Shown here: positions 38,201 through 49,755 of the stretch, piece after piece
Layout of the letters: each line of letters begins with the position of its first letter
How positions within the stretch are numbered: the stretch's first letter is position 1
NCBI GenBank assembly: GCA_964187785.1
Contig: OZ076413.1
Coordinates: 48,982,001 to 49,046,000, forward strand
Direction: 5' to 3'
Source of the DNA: Amphiscolops sp. MND2022
Lineage: Eukaryota
DNA length: 64,000 nucleotides
Translations under genes and position numbers: made by a program
The notes under the pieces: generated by a model
What the model was told of the DNA's origin: nothing
Databases searched by the model: none
The model's input: only the letters and a program-made list of their open reading frames with translations

Positions 38201-38777
38201 ACTTTCAGAAGTCTGCTGATATGAAGAAGCTTGACAATCTCCCAAATGTTGGATTGATGGTGACGACTTATTGCCGCAAATAAAATTCTCATAGATGCCA
38301 ACAAGTTGCGGAAACGGCTGGTTTTCCCTGGCATCTATGCGGGTAACTTCAGCATCTCTATGAACTAAATAATGTTTTAAAGAACGATAGAAAGAAGACT
38401 TGAAGCATTCTGTATGTTGAATATTGGCTTCCGAAGGGAAATGCTGGTTACACAAACGTAAGGAACTTGAACCGTAAGGTTTTGATTCCGCTGAACACTG
38501 CTGACTCGTATTGGTACAGAATATGACAATCAATAGCACTTAACATCATGGGTGTACCCCGGACATGCGTACGGAACCAACCAAAAACAATTTTCCCCGA
38601 ATGTTGGGTGCATAAACAATGCATAAAAACTGCCGAATTCTGGTTATTGAGGCCTTGGTCCTAGACGAATACTCCACTACTAGATTGAGTTGAAAGGATG
38701 ACATCTGTAATAGTGTAGTCATCAACACCATCTTTTACAGCGAGCTAATAAGTAAGAAAACGAAAGGCTTCTTCCAT
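35299..38777 (-). pseudogene. Helentron RepHel pseudogene, N-terminal two thirds: C2H2-like zinc finger, HUH Rep, PIF1 helicase Walker A
   Basis: Frameshifted fragments: CKACGKTFRNLKTKRKHL; DTCLIP..VVPGENKFP..DFEAQSVP; QYFSQRITSKNYRFAEGSAYLFAAQQ; Rep motif 1 KLGPLQYFFTLSCAE (about 37070-37120); motif 2 QLRGMAHIQSCLW (degenerate HUH); VQTYHPRKSC..CRLGFP; motif 3 WNGTMDLQFCCDSYAAVTYICDYYSKDE; HRQIGVCEATYRLL; LKEEQRKVFD..IIVQREVGTGKT. Confidence 0.9.
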
Positions 38778-41700
38778 CGACCTGAAAAAGTAAGATGGAG
38801 TGTTAGAACAAAGAGAGCAATGAAACGTTTCCATTTAATGAGAAGCGAAAAAAGACTTAGAACTCTATATGATAATCATAAAAAAAGAAAGCGGCTTACG
38901 AATTTCAATTAGCCTATTGTACGGAAACCGGAATTGTGATCCCGGACAAATTACAGTTATTCTATCTTCGGAATAAAATTTACAACATTCGTAATCGAAA
39001 TAAACACTGCACGAAGTTGAAAAACTTTTCTTCCTAAATAGCGGAGCGCAAAAAGTAATACATCATCCGAATGAGAATAATATAGTTGAAAAAATGAAAC
39101 TTGAATAAGAGATACCGTATTACTAGACAATTAAAAAAATCTAATTACAGCTGATGGAACTCCTGCGCATGAAGATGTTCATTGAGAAGTTGCTAAAATT
39201 TCGGCTGGGTTTCGGAAAAGAGATTTCTTCAATCAATGAGTTATCTAGAAAAACCGCGAAACAGGGGGAGTCGAAATGGCAGAAACAAAACTGAAAGTAA
39301 CAATGTGTCATTGTAAAAATGTTGTGTAGCAGATCTTTTCGATTAACGCGACGAAGTTTTTTCTACGGCGTGACTTTGTTGCTTGTTCTTTTTACTGATT
39401 TTTGAACCAGAACCAGAATTTGGAATCTTCTGACCAAGAGCAAGAAGGCCAGCCTTGTCAGCAGTAAATGATTCTCTGTAAGCAGAAGCAATCGATTCAA
39501 TGTTACTATCAGTAAGTGATGCTTTGAAACGTTCATCAATCGAATCTTCTCGGAGAGAGAACGTGGCTTTCCGCGAATTAGCAAAGGAACGTCGAGTAGA
39601 AGATTCTTCTGATTTGCAATCCAAGAACTGTGTTGGCTCAGCTTCTTTTGGTAAGTTAGCAACAACATCATCGGCGGAACTAACGCCGAAAGACAGCATA
39701 AACTTGGTGTCAGATGTTTTGATACGTTTCATCTCTTGAAGTTGTTTCATTCTCCTGAATTTGTCTCCAGCAGATATTTGAATTTCAGAGGTTAGAGGGT
39801 TTGTAATGATTCTTTGGATATGCTTTGAACATTTGGAAAGGCCTTCAAATGGCCGGATGAGATCTGAGCATTGGATGCATGAAAAGCCGAACTAGAAACG
39901 CTTTGTGAAGTAGAAAACAATATCAAAGCAGGTGGGTATAGGACTCGTGGATTCACTGTGTGAATTGAGTTGGAAAATTTCTTCGCAGGCAACTCACTTG
40001 AAGAAGCTCCGTTGTTTCTCAATTTTTGCCTGCTTTTAGGAAGTATGCGCAAATTATGCTGTCTTGAAGAAACGCGATAGATGTTTCTCGCGTTGGCAAG
40101 TCTTTTCAAGGCACTGACAAAATTGGCACGAGAACGCTCAGTTGACTGGACTGTAACAAGCAGTTTGTTGCGCTCTTCGCTGATTTTGGCAGATGCTTTT
40201 TTCGCATGAAGAAGGACCTTGTCAATGGCGGCCAGCAAGATTTTCTCACCATCATACAACCAAGGACTACTTTATTCGAGCAAGAAGGTCGTTCCAAGAT
40301 GGCATTAGAGAAAGAAGTTTTGGCAGAAACAGTATGTCATAAACAGTTTTGATTTCCTCAAAGGAATTGCTCAGTAGAGGCAACAATTTCGAATCAGTAG
40401 ACATTTGGTTCCTTGAAAAAAGCAATGAACAGGCTGAAATACCAACGCTTGAGGTTTAGGAAATCATATAGGAAAGCGAAACAAAGATAGTGCAAGGCTT
40501 GTTCGAGCAATATAAAACAACTGCTGAAACTCCTCGGTGAAAAAAAAAACAGAACCAATAAGGGAAAACGAAAGATTCGACGTAACGCTATTTTACTGAT
40601 TTCCTACTCAAACCAGATTAACAGGCAGGGAAAATGTCAAAGTCACGATACTCCCGGAAAACATGTTTTGAAACTTTCCAAAAAACACTGGACTGTTGAC
40701 CTCGAATCCCGAGAACAGTACAGGCTATAGGTGGTTTTAGTATTGAAAAATACAAAAAAGTAGTAACCGAAGTAGTCTTCAAAAATAGCACTGATCGAAC
40801 AATTACGACGACATAACAATAAACTATGAAATTATGAAAAACAAACAAAGATGGGAACATTTAGGTTATTTAAAGTGAAAAGAACTGAGCAAGATAAATT
40901 AGGTGGCTTATTGAAAGGCTGAATAAATCACGAAAACACATCAAAAGATTTTGTGCAAAAGGCCGAAGAAAATTAATTCCCTCATCCGCTGTAAGCATCT
41001 AAAACTTCGGAATGGTCAAGCAAGCTTTGAAAGTCGGGCTTTCTGGGACTATCTTTTTTCGATTTTGGAGAAAAACTTCAAGGGGCGGTGGCCTTTTTAA
41101 AACATTTTAAAGACACGAAAAGCCTTACTCCGCACCAAATGGGCGTGGAGAGGAACCATCCTTGGAGCTCTCCAGCAGTGATGCCAATTGGGAAGAGAAA
41201 TCAGATGACGGCATACCGAGTTGGGCCTTCAAACTATCTGCTTATGGACTACGAATTTGGTGCTGGATCAATCCCCAGTGCTGCAATCTAAATCCCTTCA
41301 TGAATACCTTCGAAGATGCACTGCCAAACTGACAATTTTTCACTATCTTTTATCCAAGCAGAAAGGTTTGAAGAGGGGTCACCCAAGCTCCGGACAACAT
41401 CATCTCATGATGAGATCAGTTGCCACGGATGGTCGTTAAGCTTTTGAACAAAACCGGGCATGTAAGGTAACAACATTTTGCATCAAACAGTATGTGGACC
41501 CCCTGGGCGTAAAGTTGGGAAGCGAAACGGTGCCATCTGAGCTCTAGAAATCCTCGAAGGGACCAGTCGCTTGGTCTAGGAAGGACGTTCCTTCCTAGGG
41601 TGACGACTGCTACACCTCGAACGATTAATAGAGCAACCACCAGTCGGTCAGTCGGGTCTGCCACACTCAAGCAGTTCCTTCTGGCGTGCTTAGGCCAATT

Positions 41701-42345
41701 GGCTCCTGAACGAACTACTACTAGACAAGAAAGACAAGAGCTGTCAATGAACAATCATAGCAGTCATACAAGTAATCAGTCACAATCAATAACACTCCAA
41801 ACTCAGCTGATTTTACCTGACAGGCTTCGGGCAGAAAAACAAATAACGTACCTGAAAAAGAAAGAATTGGAAGCGGAGGAAATGTCAAACATTGAAGAGG
41901 GAGCCTTTGTTGAAACAAAAAAAGTCGAAAAGTCGCTTAGTACCGAAAAAAGTGGGGCTATGGGGCATCTTTTGTATGTTTTCGAGGTTTGGGACGTGTT
42001 TTATTTTTTCTTTTTGTTTTGGACGCGCTTCTGAGGTCCGAGTGTTTTGAACCTTCATAGTTCAAGTTGTTGAACAAATGAACAAAAAATTAGATCTTAC
42101 GCGAGTAAAAAAACGACCCACTGTAGAGTCGGCACATTTGCTACTAAAACGAGCCGACTAAAAAGAACTAAAGGTTAGAAACATTCTTTATTCCTTTCGT
42201 AATGAATGTAATAAAACTGTTATACATTCTCGCTCTGTTGTTTATGTTAGCCTTATTGTTGTATGTATGCTTCAGATGAACGCTTATCAAAGAGAAACTT
42301 CCTGCAAGTAGTGTTTTTCCCCACGACAATTCTATTTGATATTCC

Positions 42346-42625
42346 TCATGCGTTATCACCTCTTCAATACCTCGCCCACTCGTAACCTGATTATTACTGA
42401 TTCCCAAGGAAGGAATCTGACGTTCCCTAACTTCAATATTCCTATTCCTACCAGGTGCACGAGTTGGAGACATGAGACCCTTCATTCCTGCAAAAGGTTG
42501 GAAAGATTTCATTGTGCTCTTAAACGGAGGCAACGACTTACCAACCGACAACACCCACACGGTTGCCAGCAACATCTCTGACCTTGGCGTAGCAGCATCT
42601 GAAGTTGCACTCAGAGTATACCGGC
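42346..42625 (+). pseudogene. SGNH/GDSL-hydrolase-like fragment (frameshifted), probably transposon-derived
   Basis: Joining two frames gives LIITDSQGRNLTFPNFNILFLPGARVGDMRPFIPAKGWKDFIVLLNGGNDL (blocks I, II and III of the SGNH fold). Confidence 0.6.
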
Positions 42626-43142
42626 ACCCTTGAACGGGTTCAACAGCTTGGTGGAGGTCCTGCAAACATACAGGGTACAAAGTAGCATTTGTATGACTTA
42701 GTGAAAAAAGGCATTTTTTGAAAAAAGAATTTATACTAAGCTTTGGTTAAGTTGAATAGTTGACACGACGGGTATCCATACCAAGTTCCAATTGAAGAGC
42801 AGTAGAGACAAAAAACAAGACCCAGTACCCATAATATAACACAAATACGAAATAAACAAAAACGAAACGGCGTAACGAAGAAGCACGAAACTGGGTGTAA
42901 ACGTTTTTGGAAGAACCAAAAAACAGGCTCATTTAAATAATGAAACATGTTTTACAAGGAATTATACAATTACTTTGTTTGACGAAAATCTGTTATTGAT
43001 GATGTTGATTGGTTTGGTTGCGATAATGAGATAAATGAAAACTGTATGTTGGATTGTTATCTTTATCTTTAGTTTTTATCTTCGGGTCTTTGTTGTTAAC
43101 TTTGATACTGATCCAAAGCTGCAAGTTTTTTTGATGACTTTG

Positions 43143-46100
43143 TTACTTGTTGATTTCTTGGTTGTTTCCATGGGATACTTCTGCCGGAAGGAATAATGAT
43201 AGCCGATGGACTGGCCGCACGTATGATCCTCTTCGGGTCCGGATCTCAACAACGCGGGCGATTTGGTCATTTCCATCAAAAACTTTGATGACTTTAGCCA
43301 TCGGCCACATCATTGGTGACGTGTTGTTGTCCTTCAAAAAAACGATGTCTCCAATTTGTAGGTTTTCCTGTTCCGCTGTCCACTTAGTTCGCTGTTGAAG
43401 AGTTGTGAGATATTCTACGGACCATCGTTTCCAGAAAAAATTAATTGCTTGCTGGCGTTGTTGCAATCTTCTGATGAGTGTGAGGTCTGCTTTGTCGGGT
43501 GGATCAAAGACTGGAACTGTTAGCAGTGGTCGTCCAATTAGGAAGTGTGCAGGTGTTAATGTTTGAAAGTCGTTTGGGTCATTGGATGGTGAAGTTAATG
43601 GACGAGAATTCATAATGCCTTCGATTTGTGTCAGTTATGTCGTCAATTCTTCTACAGGTAGAGTTGTCTTGCCTGTGGTTTTCAGAAAGTGTCGTTTGAA
43701 AGATTTAATGGCTGCTTCCCAAGGACCACCGAAATGGGGTGAACATGGTGGGATTGTGAGCCATTGGATCTTGTGATAGGCAGTGAAGGGTTCAAGGGAC
43801 TCAAATTTTTTGTTCTGCTAACATCCGTTGTATTTCGAGTTCAGCGTGTGTTCCTGTAAAGGTGCGAGAATTGTCACTGTAGATAGCAAGTGGTAGTCCG
43901 CAGCGAGAGAAAAAAACGTTGTAGGGTAGAAATGCAGGCTTCTTTGGTGAATGAGTTGACAGGTTCTGGAAAAACTGCTTTCGTTGAGGAACAGATGAAA
44001 ATTGCGACGTAGGTCTTTACTGTCTTTGTTGTGATTGGGCCGCAATAGTCTAGCCCGATGTGGCTAAAAGGTGTTGAAGGAGAAATACGTTCCTGAGGTA
44101 AGTCTCCCATTTGAGGTTGACGTTGACGGCTGTTGAAGCGAGCGCATTGGGGACATTTCCGAATGATGGATTGGATAAAGCGAGTCACGTTCGGTATCCG
44201 AACTGTTTGTCGTAGAGTTGACAATGTTAATTGCCAACCTCCGTTAAGGCATTTTAGGTGTGTTTCGCGGATTAGAGGTGCGTTGATAATCGATCGTCGG
44301 GGTACAATGATTGGGAAGTTGAAATCCATATGATACCTGTTGCTGTTGGCGAGACGTCCATCAACTCGAAGGATTTGTTTCTCTTCGTCAAAAAAGGGAG
44401 CAAGGGCCCTAAGTGCGCTTTTGCGGGGCAAATTTTTGTTTTGTTTGAGGACTTCAAACTCTGTGAGATGCTGTTTTTGAAATGTTCGGAAAATTAGTAG
44501 TCTTGCTTCTTCAATTTCAACGGCGAAAAGGGTGGCTGTCCCTTGCATGTTGTGTAATGCGTGTCTTTTTCTTCTTTCTTCTGTCGGTTTCTTGTTTTGT
44601 TTCACATTTGAAACAAATCTGAGGACAAAACCGAAAACCTTGACGAGTTTCTTGAAGCTCGAGAATTTGTTGGCTGCAACAAGTATCGCATTGTCGGCAT
44701 CAGTGTAATCTCTGGAGGTGCGATTCGACTGGTGTGATTGTGATGAGTTCTCCGGATGTGGCTGTGGTTCTTCTTCTTCTTCTTCTTCTTCTTCTTGTTC
44801 TTCTTCTTCTTCTTTGTCTTCTTCTTCTTCTAGATCGTCTGCTTGTTCTTTCGGTTCTGCTTCTGGTGCTTTTGCTGTTGATGCTGTTTCTTCTTTGTTG
44901 TGGATCAGGATTGCTTGTTTACAGACTGGCAGGTAAACAAGGCTTTGTTGTTTCTGGGTTATGTCGTCGTGAATAATACTCACGAGTTTTCTGTAGTCAA
45001 GCTGAACAGAGTTGTTCAACCTTTTAGCTTCTTTTAGACCTTCTTCTGGCAAAGCAATGTCAATTTGACGCCACGCTGAAGCTGGCATTCGCAGTCACTC
45101 AGGTCCTTGCCACCACAGATGGTGACTTTGAAGTTTTCGAGGCGACATTCCTCTGCTGGCACAGTCAGCTGGATTGGATTCAGTGGGAACATGGTTCAAG
45201 TTTTCTGCCGGGACTGACTTTTGAATCGTCGCTACGCGATTAGCAACGGAGGTTTTCCAACGACTCGGATGATTTTTTATCCAAGCCAGTGTGATTGTAG
45301 AATCAGTCCAAGCGAAAACTCCGAGGTCGGGAAATCGTTCGTCATCCAAGGCAATTCTGATCAATTGAACAAGTTGCGCTCTCAAAAGATCTACACAGAG
45401 CTCCAATCGAGGAACACAAAGTGTTTTGATTGGTGCCACTCGTGTTTTAGCTACGAGAAGCTGGCTTCGAATGTGTCCTTGGCTGACGGGTTGGCGAATG
45501 TAGTCAACTGCGGCGTAAGCAGTTGTAGAGGCGTCACAAATGCAATTGAGTTAAAGTGGGTTTTTGGAAGGTTCATTCTTATCGAGAAAGAATCTCGCGG
45601 TGTCGATATCTTCGATTGACTTGAGATCGCGACTGAAATGTTTGTATTGTTGTGAGAGGTTGTGATTCAATGGTTGATCCCAAGACAAATTATCCAACCA
45701 AAGTGCTTGTATGAACGACTTCAATTGGATGACAATTGGTGAAAGGAGACCCAACAGGTCAAAGATGCGGGTAACTTTGGAGAGTATTTGTCGTTTCGTT
45801 TGTGGGGCTTTATCGGCCGGTTTCACGTTGAAGGTGAAAATGTCTTGCTTCGGTTTTCAGACGACACCAAGAGTTTTGATGAAATACTCTTCAGACTCGA
45901 TGTGTCTGGTGTCGGTTGATTCTCGATATGTTTCGGGAAGGCGTTCAACGAGTGAAAGATCACTCGATGACCACTTGCGTAGATGGAAACCAGCGGTAGC
46001 TAGATGTTTGCTGAGGGTATCTTGCAGTAGTTCAGCTTCTTCTTTGGAGGCGGTTCCGGTTAAGAGATCGTCGACGTACATGTCCGATCTGAGCGCTAGG

Positions 46101-48824
46101 GCGGCGACGGGGTGCTGTGTTGTTTCGGCTAACTCGAACAAGGGTCGTATGGCATGGAAACCAGCTGATGTCACACCGTAAATTTTTCGAGTCATGCGGT
46201 ATTATTCTAGAGTTGATGATGGTGTTTCTTTCCAAAGTATTCTGTGGAAATCTTTGTCATCTTTGTCGAGAAGTACCTGGCGGTACATTTTCGCAATGTC
46301 GGCTGACAAAGCCACCTTGTGAAACCTGAACCTGATCAAGATCTCGAAGAGATCCTTTTGGATCTTCGGACCAAGCATGAGGTTATCGTTTAATTAGACT
46401 CCGGAGGTTGTTTTCGCCGAGGCGTCAAAAACCACACGAAGTTTGGTTGTCGTGCTGGATTCCTTGAAAACACAGTGGTGTGGCAGGTAGAATGACTTGC
46501 TGGTTGCGATTGGAACTTCAGACTCCGGGATTTTCTCCATGTGTCCCAGATCCAAAAATTCCTTGATGAAGGCTGCGTGTCTAGTATGGAGGCTCTCGTT
46601 TTTGGAAAGTCGGTAGAGGAGTGTTTCGAGGCGACGTTTTGCTTGCTGAAAAGTGTCACCAAGGGGTATGGCGTCTTCTTTGAAAGGTAATTTGACAATG
46701 AATAGTGCAACTTCATTCCTGGTTGTGGTTAGTTGAAAGTGATGTTCGCATGCTTGTTCTTCTTTAGTGAAGTGATGGCTTTGAGGAAGATCTTCAATCT
46801 CCCAAAACTTCTTGAGGGTTTCTTCTTCGGGAATCAAACTCAATGAGCTAAGGCAGGTTGTGAGGGATTGAATTGACACTCAAGGCGAACCTCCAATGAC
46901 AACCCACCCAAACAACGAATCACGGTATGTTACTTTGTTGTTTTCCTTGATCCGTGCATCCAACATGATGGTTTCATAAAGTTCAGCTCCAATGAGCATG
47001 TCGATTCCAGAAGGTGTGTTGAATGTCGGATGGGCGAGCTTGAGGTTTGGAAGATGTTTGAAAGACGAAGTGGAAACCTTGCATGAAGGCAAGATATTGG
47101 TGAGCTTTGACATTACAAAGGCTCTCACTGGAATAGCTGCTGCTCTTTTCGGGGTGATAAGGAAGTCTGTGGTTCCGGGATGTTGTAGCTCATCCTTGGC
47201 GCCCCGACCAAAGATGCGCGCTTGTTTATTTTTCACTGGAAGACCTAGTCGTGATGAGGTTACTTTGGGAACCTGAATCGAGAAGTGCTCGGCAAAGTGT
47301 GGTTTCACCGTTTACTAAGATGGGTATCATGGCTGTTTGCAAGAAGACTGTTCCGGTTGTTGAGGAGAAAGCAACGTAGCAGTGAACTGTTCTGGTGGCG
47401 GTGATTCCGTATCAGTTGTTTTTTTCTGATTCATTGTGCAACTGTTATCCGCAACTGTACTGTTGATAGAACGTGTTTGTCGTGGTGATTGTAGCTGAAG
47501 TAGAGTGTGGTGCTTCAGGTTGCAAATTTTACAGGTCGATCCTCTGCATTCTTGTTGTCGGTGACCTTCTCGCAAGCAGTTGAAGCAAAGTTTCTTCATT
47601 TTCACGAATTCAGCTCGATTTGGGACTGAAAGTTGCTTGAATTTTGGGCAGAGATGTAGTTTGTGATTGCCATTGCAACACTCGCAATTGATTTCGTTAG
47701 TCGTCGTATTGGTATTGTAGTTCCGTTGTGAGGAGTGCGATTGTTGGTTGTTGTTTTGACGAGTTGTAAAGCGATGCTGTGATGAAATAGTTGGCGATGA
47801 GAGTGTTGATGCTTCTAAAGCCAAGCATCGAGTTTCCAGGAAATTTTTCAAGTCGTTGTAAGTTTGAGGATCCGTTCCAGGCGTTGAGAGCTCCCAAAGC
47901 TTCCTCGTGTCAGCAGGGAGTTTTTCGGTGACGAGATATACAAGAAAGATATCTTGCTGGTCGACTGATTGACCCATGTTCTCCAGGGCCAATCGATGTT
48001 CTTCCACGGTTTCTACAAGTTGACGAAGATCTTTAGCGGTTTCGTTGGTAAGCTGTTTCTGTGTAGATATAGCATGTACATGGGCGCGCAAGATCATGCG
48101 GTTGTTTTGGTAGCGGTCTCGCAACATCTTCATGGCGACAGGGTAATTAGCGTCAGTGATTGTTACCGATGCTAGAAGCTTTGCTGCATCGCCTTTCAAA
48201 GATGCTTTGAGATACTGTAGCTTCTGGCTGTTCTGCAGGGTGCCGTTGTTGTGAACTGCTTCAGTGAACAAGTCGAAGAATGAGGTCCACGAGAGATAAT
48301 CTCCTGAAAAAGTTGGCAGATCCATTTTTGGCAACTTCGCTGTAGTTAATGGGGGTGTGCTTCTTGTAATTGTTGACGATGTTGATGTTGTTCCACGTAC
48401 AGCTGGTGTGATGCTTTTGATGAATCGGTCTATTTGGTCTAGCTGTTGAACTAGTTTATCGTCAAACTCCTCAGATTGCAGGATGTCGGTTTCCAAGATT
48501 TCTTCGTTGTCGATATTTGCCTGAATTTGTAGATTGAGGTCGTTTAGGAAGGTTTGTTTTCTTGAGAGATTATTTGTGTAGTTGTTCGAGCCGGAAAACT
48601 GCATCGGCGATGCTTACAGAGCGCGTTGGCAGAATTAGGGATTCTGCTTCTGTCCAGTATTTTGTGGCAACCGACTTGTGGGAAGCACGGTTTTTCTTTT
48701 GCATTTCAATCTCTGTCATTTTGGCTTTTGATGACGTAGTATTTTTTGTTGCTGTTTCGTAGCTCTTTTCCTTACTTGACTTAACTTTACTTGACGTTAC
48801 TTTGAACTTTGACCTGGTCTTCAC
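43143..48824 (-). mobile_element. BEL/Pao LTR retrotransposon, decayed gag-pol polyprotein
   Basis: KLPKMDLPTFSGDYLSWTSFFDLF (DUF1759-type gag); three Cys/His knuckles; protease RALLDSGSQ; RT YLPHH, KLRVVFDAS, MYVDDLLTG; RNase H region VPRLELC, WTDST, NPADCASRG; integrase HLKCLNGG..CPQC, GLDYCGP; C-terminal NSRPL..LTPAHFLIG..FWKRWSVEYL..RPVHRL; many stops and frameshifts. Confidence 0.95.
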
Positions 48825-48919
48825 TTTATATACTTTGCGAGAATCTTGATATCTTTGAAGAGTGGTGATTATTGCTCTAAATTACATTGAATTTGCTGTT
48901 CCAAAATTCGAAGACTGAC

Positions 48920-49095
48920 GAAGACTGAATCGAACTACTTTTATTGGGTCTTTACAAGGTTTGAATCTTTGAATACTGATGAAGACTACTTCGAGTTACT
49001 TTGAATTTGTCTTTACAAGCTTTGAATCTTTGAAAATTGACGAAGATTGTTTGAGTTACTTTGAGGTTCCCTTTAAAAACTTTGGATGCTTCGAT
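48920..49095. repeat. About 60-bp tandem repeat, 3 diverged copies, in the BEL 5' leader
   Basis: gaagact..ctttacaag.tttgaatctttgaa unit recurs at about 48920, 48981, 49042. Confidence 0.75.
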
Positions 49096-49177
49096 TTTTC
49101 AAACATTGGATGCTTGGGAATTTCTTGAACTTTGAAAAATTTCGTATGCAGTGGAACGTATCCTGTACGGATTGACG

Positions 49178-49481
49178 TTATAGCCTTGAATTTTTGAATG
49201 GGGAAAAAATTTTCCGAAAGCTTGTTTTTTTTGAAAGGTTGGGCGGGGGTTTAAATAAGCTTGTTTTGGAAGTAATTGGCAAGCTTATTTTGTCAGTAAA
49301 GCATCGATTTTTTGTTGAATGAAAGTTGTTTTCAATGGCCACCAGAAAATGGTTTGAGTAAAGCAACTTGAATGAAGAGCGGAATTGAGAAAGAGTGAAC
49401 AAACTAGAAAATTGGTAGAAATAGAAGTCAATGAAAGTTTGAGTTTCAGAGTATGAAGTTTTGGAGTTTTTACTGTCAACA
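49178..49481 (-). mobile_element. Possible 5' LTR of the BEL element
   Basis: Minus strand starts TGTTGACAG at 49481 and contains TATTTAAA, directly upstream of the leader; no matching 3' LTR found. Confidence 0.3.
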
Positions 49482-49755
49482 CAGAGTCTTCGTTATCGCG
49501 GTTCCTCCTCGGCTAGACATTCCTGACCAGGCAAAGGCAGCGAATTGACTCCTAGAAGGCAACAACGATTGCCGGTGGCTTTACAGAGGCTTATCTCGAG
49601 GCATCTTCAGCGTCGAAAAGGACACTACCCGAGACGACATCCCTAGAGCCTAGGGCCATCAGTGGACTTCGCTCCATTTTGAAGAATCGAGTGCTTCGGA
49701 AAGCTTTCTGCCCTCAGATTGACAAACGAGGTCATCCCCCAACATACAAGTGCCG

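Larger units (their letters stand above)
15199..42164 (-). mobile_element. Putative composite Helentron (Helitron2-type rolling-circle element), about 27 kb, delimited by terminal motifs
   Basis: Minus-strand 5' end TTTTT-AGTCGGCTC..GTGCCGACT (T-run, subTIR and its nearby inverted copy; 42164-42127). Minus-strand 3' end GCGCCGACT-TGG-GCCGTTCCTGGC-TTGTTT (subTIR, short hairpin, T-rich end; 15228-15199). The Rep-helicase-endonuclease relic lies between them on the same strand. Confidence 0.5.

Noticed and set aside
49159..49177. Primer-binding site for the BEL element
   Set aside because: Lacks the TGG start and I could not match it confidently to a tRNA 3' end
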